Shown here piece after piece: positions 1-8,947 of a DNA stretch of 64,000 nucleotides. Origin of the DNA: an uncultured Rikenellaceae bacterium (lineage in GTDB: Bacteria > Bacteroidota > Bacteroidia > Bacteroidales > Rikenellaceae). The position numbers and the translations under genes are program-made. The stretch covers positions 5,732-69,731 of the forward strand of contig CAYJIF010000001.1 in the NCBI GenBank assembly GCA_964370175.1. The letters run 5' to 3'. The notes beneath the pieces were generated by a model. That model was given only the letters and a program-made list of their open reading frames with translations. It ran no database searches and had not been told where the DNA came from. Positions within the stretch are counted from its first letter, which is position 1, and the number at the start of each line of letters is the position of its first letter.

Positions 1-176
1 ACTGCCCTAACAAACAAAGAGGAGTGATGTACCAAATGTGTACACCACTCCTCTTTGTTTGTTTAGTCTTCTCGGCGAGGCTACCCCCTTCTATTCAAAA
101 AAAAGAGGGTTTGGCATCAAAAATGTTTTGTTTAGGCAGCACACAAAACATCAAACTAAAACAAATAAAAAACATT

Positions 177-953
177 ATGAGAAAAATTTTTACTACACTA
201 CTACTCTGCTGCACAACTTTACTATGGCTACCCTCCTGCGACAACGACAATGGAATCTCGGCAGTTGAGGTACTACAAACTCAATGGGTGTGCACCTCTG
301 CTGATGGAAAGCCCCTTGCCACCGACTCCATTTTTGTGATGTACTTCACGCCGGGCTATAACTTGGTCATATCGCAGGGGCAGGAAGTGAGTACAGGGGA
401 GTTTCAATGGGTGAGCAATCCCAACTTCACATACGAACTCCAAGGCGAGGAGTTGACCATTCGCTCGAACAACGCAAATGTCGAATCCGTACTCATTGAG
501 GCCACCATCAACTATCTCTCCATCACAAACATGGTTATGACCATCAACAACTACACCGTGGATGGGATTAGCAACGGCAACAACATGCAGTACAGCCTGA
601 GAGTTGCAAACAGTCCGATTATGAAGGATGTTTTGCCAGGCATTTGGAGCTCGCCTACGAGCACGTCTAACAATGTTGTGAATTTGTGGGAATTTGATAT
701 GCAGGGCAATATGGATTACTATCTCTATGACGCTCTTGCCAAGCAATACTTGGAGCAAGTCACCTCTGGCGGCATGTACTACACCTATGGCAGTTTTGTG
801 GTGCTGAACTACCCTACCACTGTATCCTCAGCGCCAAGCTACAAGGTGTGGCAGGTGCAGAACCTACCCTACGGGCAGATAAATTGGTATAACACCAACT
901 ACGTGGGAACAACCACTTATGAGACGCTCACCAGCATTGGTCAGCTGCCATAG
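177..953 (+). CDS. hypothetical lipoprotein
   Basis: ORF 24..953. The internal ATG at 177 gives MRKIFTTLLLCCTTLLWLPSC, a signal peptide with a lipobox Cys. No family recognised. Confidence 0.6.
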   Translation: MRKIFTTLLLCCTTLLWLPSCDNDNGISAVEVLQTQWVCTSADGKPLATDSIFVMYFTPGYNLVISQGQEVSTGEFQWVSNPNFTYELQGEELTIRSNNANVESVLIEATINYLSITNMVMTINNYTVDGISNGNNMQYSLRVANSPIMKDVLPGIWSSPTSTSNNVVNLWEFDMQGNMDYYLYDALAKQYLEQVTSGGMYYTYGSFVVLNYPTTVSSAPSYKVWQVQNLPYGQINWYNTNYVGTTTYETLTSIGQLP

Positions 954-1007
954 GTTTGTGTCAATGGGTCAGCTATCACAGGCAGTTGACTGCTATGGGG
1001 CGGGGCT

Positions 1008-1808
1008 TTAACGAACGGCCGCAAGTGCTACGAGCTTTTCGAGCAGCTGCTCCATTTTGCTCAGCTCCAACATATTGGCACCATCAGAGAGTGCCTCTTT
1101 AGGGGTCGGATGAGTTTCTATGAAGAGGCCATCGACCCCTACTGCTATACCAGCGCGAGCAATGGTTTCGATCATCTGTGGCATTCCGCCTGTCACCCCC
1201 GAGCTTTGGTTGGGTTGTTGCAGCGAGTGGGTGATATCCAACACTACGGGATGCCCCGTCTGCTGCATCGTTGGGATGCCTCTGTAATCGACCACCAAAT
1301 CGCCATAGCCAAAAGTGGTGCCACGCTCAGTGAGCATCACTTTATTGTTACCCGATTCGGTCACCTTTTGGGCGGCAAACTGCATGGATTCGGGCGCAAG
1401 GAACTGTCCTTTTTTGATATTCACCCATCTGTTGGTCTTAGCGGCGGCTTCGAGCAGGTCGCTTTGGCGGCACAAAAATGCTGGAATCTGAAGCACGTCA
1501 ACATATTGCGCCGCAAGTTCGGCTTCCTGGGCTGTGTGAATATCGGTAACCACGGGCACGTCAAAATCTTTGCGCACACGTGCCAACACCTCAAGCGCCT
1601 GAATATCGCCAATCCCCGTAAAAGAGTCTTTGCGAGAGCGGTTTGCTTTGCGATACGATCCCTTAAAAACAAAGGGGATGCCGAGCTTTTGGGTTATTTC
1701 TTTTAGTTGTCCCGCGATGTCGAGTGCCATTGCCTCGCCTTCGATGGCGCAGGGCCCTGCAAGCAGAAAGAAGTTCGCAGTGGAGGAAGTCAAAAATTCA
1801 CGTGTCAT
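1008..1808 (-). CDS. kdsA: 3-deoxy-8-phosphooctulonate synthase (KDO-8-P synthase)
   Basis: ORF 1008..1871. FLLAGPCAIEGE, FVFKGSYRKANRS and DITHSLQQP are KdsA-like. Start moved to ATG 1808 (MTREF), downstream of a TACTTTTG motif. Confidence 0.9.
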   Translation of the reverse strand: MTREFLTSSTANFFLLAGPCAIEGEAMALDIAGQLKEITQKLGIPFVFKGSYRKANRSRKDSFTGIGDIQALEVLARVRKDFDVPVVTDIHTAQEAELAAQYVDVLQIPAFLCRQSDLLEAAAKTNRWVNIKKGQFLAPESMQFAAQKVTESGNNKVMLTERGTTFGYGDLVVDYRGIPTMQQTGHPVVLDITHSLQQPNQSSGVTGGMPQMIETIARAGIAVGVDGLFIETHPTPKEALSDGANMLELSKMEQLLEKLVALAAVR

Positions 1809-1870
1809 AGTACTTTTTAGTTTTTTTTTGCGGGGCAGTCTCACTGGATTCACCCCTTTAATTAACCCCA

Positions 1871-1878
1871 CAAAAGTA
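1871..1878 (-). promoter_or_regulatory. -7 promoter motif TACTTTTG (kdsA)
   Basis: Matches the Bacteroidetes TAnnTTTG consensus, ~60 nt upstream of ATG 1808. Confidence 0.45.
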
Positions 1879-1925
1879 ACAAAAAAAGCCGATTATTCGC
1901 CACAAGCACATAAAAAAGGTCGTAA

Positions 1926-2999
1926 CTATGCTTGTAATTTCTCATAGTGACACAACAGCAACTCACCTTGATCGTCCCTTAGGTGCATCCCTCCCCCTCT
2001 ACAATTTTTAAATTGTTTGCACTTCGCGCACTGCCCCTTACGCATCCACTCTCGATTGCGATATTTTTCATAGCGATTCTGCCACACATCCCAAAAATCA
2101 TCGGTGTAGATATTACCTTGATAATAGTCCGAACGAATACTCGTGCAGCCTGATATAGAGCCATCTGCCAAGATAGAGGCAGCATTTACCCCCGCTATGC
2201 AGTTGTAGAGAGTGTTTCGAACCTCGCCCTCGTAGCCTCCCAAAAAGCCTTCGCAGGCATAAGAAAGCGCAATTTTGCCTTCGGCTCTTGTTTCTTTGAT
2301 GAAGTCCAAAAGTTTACGGAATTTATCAGGGGATAGTTGCAGTGTATCATCATCTTTTGCCCTACCCATAGGTATTACTGTAAAAATTCTCCATCGCCTC
2401 ACTCCGATAGAATAGAGAAAATCTCGAAACTCCTCAATAGTTTCCAGGCTCTTGGATGTTACACATGTCACCACATCCCACACAAGGTGGTCGTCCTGCT
2501 TTGCCGCCAGCTTCACTGCCTCAACTGCCCTACTGAAGCTCTCCTTATGTCTTCGCATCTCGTTATGCTGTGATTCGAACCCGTCGAGCGACACGGTGAG
2601 CGTTCGCATGCCCGAGCGCACGAGCGAGTCAAAACGTTTGGCATCGAGCGCCATTCCATTTGAGACAATCCCCCACGGGAAACCTTTGTTGTATAGGTGC
2701 AGCCCCACTTCTTCGATATCCTTGCGCATCAACACCTCCCCGCCGGTCATAATAATCAGGGTGTTATTAGGGTCTATGTGAGGGTAGATACTCTCTATCA
2801 CGCCCAAGAAGTCCTCCTTTGGCATATCCTTTTGGGAGCTGAGCTTACGGCAATCGCTACCACAGTGGGCGCAATTCAAATTACACCTCAATGTTGATTC
2901 CCACAGCAACTGAGTCAGCTTATGCTTTCGGATATTCTCATCTACGATGAGCCGATGATGAGCAAAGTGGAGGCGTTTTTTAAAGCCTATTTTACTCAT
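1926..2999 (-). CDS. radical SAM/SPASM-domain protein
   Basis: CNLNCAHC (CX3CX2C) near the N-terminus. C-terminal Cys cluster C-x16-C ... CAKCKQFKNC ... C of SPASM/twitch type. Confidence 0.85.
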   Translation of the reverse strand: MSKIGFKKRLHFAHHRLIVDENIRKHKLTQLLWESTLRCNLNCAHCGSDCRKLSSQKDMPKEDFLGVIESIYPHIDPNNTLIIMTGGEVLMRKDIEEVGLHLYNKGFPWGIVSNGMALDAKRFDSLVRSGMRTLTVSLDGFESQHNEMRRHKESFSRAVEAVKLAAKQDDHLVWDVVTCVTSKSLETIEEFRDFLYSIGVRRWRIFTVIPMGRAKDDDTLQLSPDKFRKLLDFIKETRAEGKIALSYACEGFLGGYEGEVRNTLYNCIAGVNAASILADGSISGCTSIRSDYYQGNIYTDDFWDVWQNRYEKYRNREWMRKGQCAKCKQFKNCRGGGMHLRDDQGELLLCHYEKLQA

Positions 3000-3435
3000 T
3001 TACCTTGAGTGTAATATCCTGCACATCGATAGTTGCAGTACCGTAATCCCACGCACCATTTCCATCTTGATACTTACCCTTCATAACTACAGCATGCACT
3101 GTCTCCTTGTACTCACCATTTTGCGCTCCATCTATATCCGTAAAGGTGATTCTCACCTCATCATTTGGAGAACCAACCACAGATGTATAATCGAAGCTAC
3201 CATCAGCCTTTGTAGTAGTCTGGGAACTATGAAGCAGAGCATCGACTCCGACTTTTATTCCTTCGACTGGCTCTCCTGCACTATTGACAACCTTGCCAGA
3301 GATCGAAAACGAAGCTACTGGAGTGCCATAGGCAAGCGGAAGTTCGTCCCGTTTATCTGGCTCACAAGAAGTTACGCCCAGCATAGCCAATAGTACACCA
3401 AGTAGGCGAGAATAGATTTTAGTAAAAATTCTCAT
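2992..3435 (-). CDS. putative lipoprotein (radical SAM-associated)
   Basis: Signal peptide plus lipobox LAMLGVTSC. Beta-rich body resembling a carboxypeptidase-regulatory-like fold. Its stop overlaps the rSAM start by 8 nt. Confidence 0.7.
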   Translation of the reverse strand: MRIFTKIYSRLLGVLLAMLGVTSCEPDKRDELPLAYGTPVASFSISGKVVNSAGEPVEGIKVGVDALLHSSQTTTKADGSFDYTSVVGSPNDEVRITFTDIDGAQNGEYKETVHAVVMKGKYQDGNGAWDYGTATIDVQDITLKVNE

Positions 3436-3494
3436 TTTTCACGACAGTTTTAAGATTAAAGACCCTAACTCTCTACACTACAAGCACTCAGCCA

Positions 3495-3502
3495 CAAAGT
3501 TA
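3495..3502 (-). promoter_or_regulatory. -7 promoter motif TAACTTTG (lipoprotein-rSAM cassette)
   Basis: TAnnTTTG, ~60 nt upstream of ATG 3435. Confidence 0.5.
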
Positions 3503-3528
3503 TAGAAAAAAGAAATAAAAAACAAACC

Positions 3529-4725
3529 CTATGGCTCAAAAAATTTTAGGTCTTTTATATCGTCGGGCAAGTACTGCTGCTCCACCTGCGAATTGGGGTA
3601 GTTGTGCGGGTATTTATACCCCACGCCGTAACCCTCCTCCTTCATCAACTTTGTGGGGGCATTGCGAATATGCAGCGGCACTGGGCGATAGCCATCCTTG
3701 CTGGCAAAATCCATTGCCGCCCCTATTGCCGCGTATGCCTTGTTGTTCTTAGGGCTTTGCGCCAAATATATAGTACACTGTGCCAGCGGGATTCTCGCCT
3801 CGGGCATGCCCAGATTGTGCACCGCCTCGAAGGTGGCATTAGCAAGCAACAGAGCATTATTGTTGGCAAGCCCCACATCCTCACTCGCCAGAATCAAGAG
3901 CCTGCGAGCAATAAACCTCGGCTCTTCGCCACCAAGCAGCATGCGCGCCAAATAGTACAATGACGCATCCACATCACTACCACGCACCGATTTGATGAAT
4001 GCCGAAATAGTGTCATAGTGTTGCTCACCCCCCTTGTCATACTGCGCTACGTTTTGCTGGAGCGCGGTTTTTACATTTTCATTGTCTATTATAATAGTAT
4101 TGGGAGTGGTGGAGCTTAGGGTATCCACAATATTTAGCATCTTGCGGGCATCGCCATTCGAAAAAGCAAGCAGCGCCTCTGTCTCCCTCACCTCCACTTT
4201 GCGTGCGCTCAAAACCTTATCGCTCTCGATTGCACGGTGCAATAGGCTCAACAAATCCTCATTCTCTATGGATTGCAGCGTGTAGACATTACAGCGAGAG
4301 AGCAGCGGACGAATCACCTCAAACGATGGATTCTCGGTAGTTGCCCCCACAAGCACAATGACGCCCTGCTCCACTGCCGCCAGCAGTGAATCCTGTTGCG
4401 ACTTGTTGAAACGGTGAATCTCGTCAATAAAAAGCACTGGCGACTGCCCTGCACTCAGCAGGCGTGAGTTCTTGGCCCTATCGAGCACCTCTCTGACATC
4501 CTTCACCCCTGAGTTTACCGCCGAGAGGGTAAAAAACTCTCTGCCCAACGATTCCGATATTATCATCGCCAGGGTGGTTTTGCCAACCCCAGGAGGGCCC
4601 CACAATATCATAGAGGGCAACACCTTGTTCTCAATAAACTTACTGAGCACCTCCACTACACCACGTTGCCCGACGTAATCGTGCAAGGTTCTGGGTCTCA
4701 TTCTTTGGGCGAGTGGGCTGTGCAT
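3529..4725 (-). CDS. rarA: replication-associated recombination protein A (AAA+ ATPase)
   Basis: GPPGVGKTT Walker A, LFIDEIHRF Walker B, and a MgsA-type C-terminal domain (DVDASLYYLARML). Confidence 0.9.
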   Translation of the reverse strand: MHSPLAQRMRPRTLHDYVGQRGVVEVLSKFIENKVLPSMILWGPPGVGKTTLAMIISESLGREFFTLSAVNSGVKDVREVLDRAKNSRLLSAGQSPVLFIDEIHRFNKSQQDSLLAAVEQGVIVLVGATTENPSFEVIRPLLSRCNVYTLQSIENEDLLSLLHRAIESDKVLSARKVEVRETEALLAFSNGDARKMLNIVDTLSSTTPNTIIIDNENVKTALQQNVAQYDKGGEQHYDTISAFIKSVRGSDVDASLYYLARMLLGGEEPRFIARRLLILASEDVGLANNNALLLANATFEAVHNLGMPEARIPLAQCTIYLAQSPKNNKAYAAIGAAMDFASKDGYRPVPLHIRNAPTKLMKEEGYGVGYKYPHNYPNSQVEQQYLPDDIKDLKFFEP

Positions 4726-4747
4726 AGTTTTTTACATAAAATCTTTG

Positions 4748-4755
4748 CAAAAGTA
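4748..4755 (-). promoter_or_regulatory. -7 promoter motif TACTTTTG (rarA)
   Basis: TAnnTTTG, 22 nt upstream of ATG 4725. Shares the TTTGCAAA core with the opposite strand. Confidence 0.45.
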
Positions 4756-4767
4756 GTTAAAAAAGGA

Positions 4768-4775
4768 TACTTTTG
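4768..4775 (+). promoter_or_regulatory. -7 promoter motif TACTTTTG (Amidase_3-like gene)
   Basis: TAnnTTTG, only 5 nt before ATG 4781. Confidence 0.45.
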
Positions 4776-4780
4776 CAACT

Positions 4781-7636
4781 ATGATTTCACGAATTTTTAT
4801 ACTATTGTGTGCCGCATATTTAACTATGAGCACCTCTGCATACGGGCAAACACTGCACCCCGACATGACAAACAGCGAACTTAACTCGCTCACCAAAAAA
4901 GTAAACTCGACTCTGGGCAGATACCCCGAAGTGTTCGCCCCCTACATTGACCAAACAGTGGCTAAGGTGCGCCTCGAAAGGGTGAGCATCATTCCCGAAA
5001 GAGAACGCATTGAGCTAACTCTCTCTCGCCAGGCAGTTTTCATTGCCCTGAGGGAGGATTTAATTCTCGCCCTTGAAGACTCCATACGCAGCACTCTGAA
5101 TCGGGGGCTGAAGGAGGATTTCAGCAACGCTCAAGTCGCCCTATTCTACAATGGCATGCCGCTGGAGAGGTACATACCCAACCCCTATCGCGATGAAATC
5201 CAAAAAGATCAACGACGATATGCCACACCGCCCGCCAGCACCACGTTGCTGAGCGACAGCTCGAAGATGAGCTACACGAGCGGGCTCTACGGCAGACACA
5301 TAGCCCTGTGGCCCTCGCACGGATACTACTATGAGACTCGCGACACAGTGCCCAGCTGGAAATTCCAACGCCCACCACTCTTTCGTGCCGTGGAGGATCT
5401 GAATAGCTTTGATTTTGTGTACAGATACTTGGCACCGATGCTCGAAAGCGCAGGTGCCGTACTCGTGATGCCCCGCGAGCGTTCGCCTCAAAGAAACGAA
5501 GTGGTGGTGGATAACGACCGTACACCCATTGGCTCAAGACTTATTCTGCACAAGGGCGAGTGGAAAAACAATGGCAGTGGATTCAAATACATAGACACAC
5601 TCTACACTCAAAACCCATTTGAGGGGGGAAGCTCAATGATTGCCCAAGGAGCTGCCAGCGCAGAGTTCACAACAGCCATACCCGAGCCTGGCAAATATGG
5701 CGTTAGCATCAGCTACAAAACCATGCTTAACAGCTCCCAAAACGTGGCGGTCACAGTGCGACACCTTGGCGGCGAAAGCCATATGACGCTCAACCAACAG
5801 ATGATGGGCTCAACCTGGGTTTATCTGGGCGAATGGGATTTCGACAAGAGCGGGAGCGTGAGACTAACCAACCTCGACCCAAACAGCAGCATAACTATCG
5901 ATGCAGTGCGTTTTGGCGGAGGCATGGGCAATGTCCACAGGGTTGATAGCATTAGCGGTATGCCACGCTGGGCGGAGGCGGCTCGATACTTTATGCAATA
6001 CAGCGGAGTACCACGGGAACTATACACCGTTGGCGAAATAGAGGCCAAGAAGAACCCTCGTCGCAAAAAAGACGCCCCCGAAGAACAAGACTACGTGGAC
6101 GACTACAAATCTCGTGGCGAGTGGGTGAACTGGATAATCGAACAACAGAACGTTCCGCTGGATCTTGCTCTCACACCACACACCAATGCTGGAATTACAG
6201 ACACTATATTTGGGACCCTCACGGTGCACTACACCGAAGTTGGCAAAGGAAAGCTGCGTGATGGGTCGCCGAAATTTGTGAACCGCGAGCTCGCAGATAT
6301 GATTCAAACCCAAATCGTGGATAACATGCGAGCCCTTTACACCGACGATTGGACTCGACGCTCGATGTATGATATGCAGTATGCCGAGGCTTCACGTCCG
6401 AGCGTCCCCTCGGTGATACTGGAGCTGATATCGCACCAGAACGAATTGGATATGAACTATTTTTCTGACCCCAGAGTCAAATTCGACATGGCGCGTGCCA
6501 CCTACGTGGGCATACTCAAATTCCTGAGCTACCGATACAGAACCCCCTATGTAGTGCAACCTCTACCACCATTCGATCCAAATATGGAGATGAGCAGCGA
6601 TTCGACTGTTCGGCTGAGCTGGGTGGCTAACATCGACAAGCTCGAAGCCTCAGCAAAGCCCTCGTATTACATGCTATACACCAGAGTGGGTGAGCATGGA
6701 GCCTTTGGCAACGGAACAAAGGTGATGGGGACAAGCGTTGAGATTCCAATCGAGCGTGATGGCGTGATGCGCTCGTATCGCGTATGTGCTGTGAACAGCG
6801 GCGGGGAGAGCTTCCCGAGCGAAACACTATCCATGGGCTTCAGCCCCGGCGACTCCGACAAAGTTCAAGTAATCAAGCACCATTGCCTCACATTTGGCAC
6901 CACTGTTCCCTATATCTTAGACTATGGTTACACGGGCGAGGTGTGGGACAGAGACCCCAAGTCAGTGTTCATCGACAACGAGAAACCTGGCTATGGCGCC
7001 TCAGGTCTCGAATCTGCCACAGTGGGGCGAATTGGTGAGACTTTGGACAACACAGTGCGTCACGGTAGCGAGATTTTGAGCGCTCAGGGGAGCTACATCA
7101 GCCACGGCAGTGGCAAGAACCACTGGGGCTCGGACAAAAAAATTAACAAAAATTTGGAAAATCAAAAAAAAGGTGTAACTTTGTCCAGTAAAATAACGCA
7201 TATGAAAAAAGTAGAAATCATCACAGAAAAAGGCACTATGGTTGCCGAACTTTACGAAAACGAAGCCCCAGGAACAGTAGCCAATTTCATAAAACTTGCA
7301 AGTAGCGGTTTCTACAACGGACTCACCTTCCACCGCGTCATCCCCGACTTTGTCATCCAAGGCGGCTGCCCCAACGGCACCGGCGCAGGAGGCCCAGGAT
7401 GGAGCATCAAATGCGAAACCTCTGGCGAAAAACAATACCATGATCGTGGCGTGCTCTCTATGGCACACGCTGGACGTGACACTGGTGGCTCGCAATTTTT
7501 TATCTGCCACTCGCGCAACAACACATCACACCTCGATGGCGTACACACCTGCTTTGGTATCGTCACCGAAGGTATCGACGTTGTGGATGACATCAGAGGC
7601 GGAGACAAAATCATCGAAATTAACGTTATTGACTAA
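4781..7636 (+). CDS. secreted Amidase_3 (MurNAc-LAA)-like multidomain protein; the ORF continues in frame into cyclophilin
   Basis: Signal peptide [22 protein letters not shown]. Golvesin-C-like segment ([24 protein letters not shown]). Amidase_3-like motifs ([23 protein letters not shown]). FN3-like segment. No stop codon until 7636. Confidence 0.6.
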   Translation: MISRIFILLCAAYLTMSTSAYGQTLHPDMTNSELNSLTKKVNSTLGRYPEVFAPYIDQTVAKVRLERVSIIPERERIELTLSRQAVFIALREDLILALEDSIRSTLNRGLKEDFSNAQVALFYNGMPLERYIPNPYRDEIQKDQRRYATPPASTTLLSDSSKMSYTSGLYGRHIALWPSHGYYYETRDTVPSWKFQRPPLFRAVEDLNSFDFVYRYLAPMLESAGAVLVMPRERSPQRNEVVVDNDRTPIGSRLILHKGEWKNNGSGFKYIDTLYTQNPFEGGSSMIAQGAASAEFTTAIPEPGKYGVSISYKTMLNSSQNVAVTVRHLGGESHMTLNQQMMGSTWVYLGEWDFDKSGSVRLTNLDPNSSITIDAVRFGGGMGNVHRVDSISGMPRWAEAARYFMQYSGVPRELYTVGEIEAKKNPRRKKDAPEEQDYVDDYKSRGEWVNWIIEQQNVPLDLALTPHTNAGITDTIFGTLTVHYTEVGKGKLRDGSPKFVNRELADMIQTQIVDNMRALYTDDWTRRSMYDMQYAEASRPSVPSVILELISHQNELDMNYFSDPRVKFDMARATYVGILKFLSYRYRTPYVVQPLPPFDPNMEMSSDSTVRLSWVANIDKLEASAKPSYYMLYTRVGEHGAFGNGTKVMGTSVEIPIERDGVMRSYRVCAVNSGGESFPSETLSMGFSPGDSDKVQVIKHHCLTFGTTVPYILDYGYTGEVWDRDPKSVFIDNEKPGYGASGLESATVGRIGETLDNTVRHGSEILSAQGSYISHGSGKNHWGSDKKINKNLENQKKGVTLSSKITHMKKVEIITEKGTMVAELYENEAPGTVANFIKLASSGFYNGLTFHRVIPDFVIQGGCPNGTGAGGPGWSIKCETSGEKQYHDRGVLSMAHAGRDTGGSQFFICHSRNNTSHLDGVHTCFGIVTEGIDVVDDIRGGDKIIEINVID
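7176..7183 (+). promoter_or_regulatory. -7 promoter motif TAACTTTG (cyclophilin), inside the long ORF
   Basis: TAnnTTTG, 18 nt before ATG 7202, in an A-rich linker. Confidence 0.45.
7202..7636 (+). CDS. peptidylprolyl isomerase, cyclophilin type
   Basis: [11 protein letters not shown]...[15 protein letters not shown]...[15 protein letters not shown] is a complete cyclophilin. It is in frame with the upstream ORF. TAACTTTG lies 18 nt upstream. Confidence 0.85.
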   Translation: MKKVEIITEKGTMVAELYENEAPGTVANFIKLASSGFYNGLTFHRVIPDFVIQGGCPNGTGAGGPGWSIKCETSGEKQYHDRGVLSMAHAGRDTGGSQFFICHSRNNTSHLDGVHTCFGIVTEGIDVVDDIRGGDKIIEINVID

Positions 7637-7677
7637 CTCACTTTATAAAAAAACACACAAACACATCATTTTAAGTT

Positions 7678-8103
7678 ATGGATTTTGAAGCAATCGTACA
7701 TTTAGTATTACCCGAAGTTAAAGGGCAAGGTTCGCGTGGCGAATGGACTAAGCAAGAAGTAGTATTTGAAGTAGTAGGAGACCAATACAATCGCAAAATT
7801 TGCGTTGGTTTCTGGAACGATAAAGCACCAGCAGCAGCAGCCCTTAGAGTAGGCGAAAGAGTTGTTGTGAGTGCAAATATTGAAAGTAGAGAACGCAATG
7901 GCCGCTGGTTCACCGAAGCCAGAGGTTGGCGCTTTACCGTTATGGCACCTGTTGCTGAAAGCGGATATGCAGCACCACAAGGCGGATATGCAGCACCTCA
8001 AAGCGGATACGCAGCACCACAAAGCGGATATGCTCCTCCTGCTGCACCTGCACCAGCAGCGCCAGTAGCAGAACCATCAACTGCCGACGACCTGCCATTC
8101 TAA
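7678..8103 (+). CDS. DUF3127-like small OB-type protein with disordered linker and SSB-like ADDLPF tail
   Basis: The N-terminal ~88 aa match the DUF3127 pattern as I recall it (LPE..G.S..G.W.KQE.V.E....Y..K.C...W.DK ... ESRE.NGRW.T..R.W). The C-terminus is GYAAPQ repeats followed by ADDLPF. Confidence 0.75.
   Translation: MDFEAIVHLVLPEVKGQGSRGEWTKQEVVFEVVGDQYNRKICVGFWNDKAPAAAALRVGERVVVSANIESRERNGRWFTEARGWRFTVMAPVAESGYAAPQGGYAAPQSGYAAPQSGYAPPAAPAPAAPVAEPSTADDLPF
7960..8036 (+). repeat. 3.7 copies of a 21-nt in-frame tandem repeat
   Basis: (A/G)GCGGATA(T/C)GCAGCACC(A/T)CAA at 7960, 7981 and 8002, with a partial copy at 8023. Encodes (S/G)GYAAPQ. Confidence 0.9.
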
Positions 8104-8287
8104 TCCCATTCCACCCCTCCCCTGTGGACTCTGTAGGGACACGCTCTCATGCTAACCGCTATGGCAGATGAGGCGGCAAATGAGGCGGCAGATGACAATA
8201 AGCAGATAAAATAAAAAGAACCGCGACACAACCACTACTGACGGTTCATAATAAAGCACACTAACCAACTTAAATACACCAAAGAAA

Positions 8288-8327
8288 AAGAGCGCAAGGG
8301 GAAATCCTTACGCTCTTCTTTTTTTGT
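8288..8327. terminator. hairpin plus T-tract terminator between convergent DUF3127 and rubrerythrin genes
   Basis: AAGAGCGCAAGG-ggaaat-CCTTACGCTCTT (11 of 12 bp) followed by CTTTTTTT. The A-rich 5' flank allows bidirectional use. Confidence 0.7.
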
Positions 8328-8368
8328 TCGGTTGAAAACCCTATGGGGTAATCCCAGGGGATGCCCCA

Positions 8369-8947
8369 CTAATAAACGTCGCTCTTGATTTCTTGGTAAG
8401 ACTGCGGGTGATTGCACACAGGACACATTGCGAGTGCATCTTTACCCTCATGCTCATGACCACACTCTCTACAACGCCAAGTTTTACTTTCGGCCTTATG
8501 GAAGAACTCCTCGGCTTCAAGAACTTCGCAGAGTCCACGGTAACGAGCCTCGTGGTGTTTCTCAATTTCCGCAATCTGGCGGAACTTGCGAGCAACATCA
8601 TCAAAACCCTCTTCTTTAGCAATTTCAGCTGCCACAGGATAGAGATCAAAACCCTCTTCATGCTCGCCTTGGGCTGCTTCTCTGAGGTTTTCGATCGTTG
8701 TGCCTACAAGGCCAGCAGGGTAAGTAGCCGTGATTTCAACCATTCCACCTTCCAAAAACGAGAAGAATTGCTTTGCGTGTTGGCGCTCATTTTCCGCAGT
8801 TTCTTCGAAAAACTTCGCGATTACCTCATAACCTTCTTTTTTGGCCTGCTTGGCAAACATTTGGTAACGGTTACGAGCTTGTGATTCACCTGCGAATGAT
8901 GCAAGTAGATTCTTTTCGGTACGAGTACCTTTCAATGATTTTCCCAT
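8369..8947 (-). CDS. rbr: rubrerythrin
   Basis: MGKSLKGTRTEKNLLASFAGESQARNRY, a ferritin-like diiron domain, and a C-terminal rubredoxin-like CRECGHEHEG...CPVC. Confidence 0.9.
   Translation of the reverse strand: MGKSLKGTRTEKNLLASFAGESQARNRYQMFAKQAKKEGYEVIAKFFEETAENERQHAKQFFSFLEGGMVEITATYPAGLVGTTIENLREAAQGEHEEGFDLYPVAAEIAKEEGFDDVARKFRQIAEIEKHHEARYRGLCEVLEAEEFFHKAESKTWRCRECGHEHEGKDALAMCPVCNHPQSYQEIKSDVY

Noticed and set aside
24-176. N-terminal extensions of track ORFs (24..176; 1809..1871; 11954..11989; 17115..17147; 22385..22513; 33301..33357; 35960..36040; 45367..45432; 50913..50954; 53188..53286; 57459..57524; 60313..60336)
   Set aside because: In each case a downstream ATG gives the canonical family N-terminus or a signal peptide. 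The extension also overlaps an upstream gene or a TAnnTTTG promoter motif, or begins with a non-ATG codon.
2572-2584. GATTCGAACCCGT, resembling the T-arm of a minus-strand tRNA
   Set aside because: It lies inside the radical SAM coding sequence, where it encodes ..DGFESQ.. No acceptor or anticodon stem can be drawn around it, so it is a chance match.
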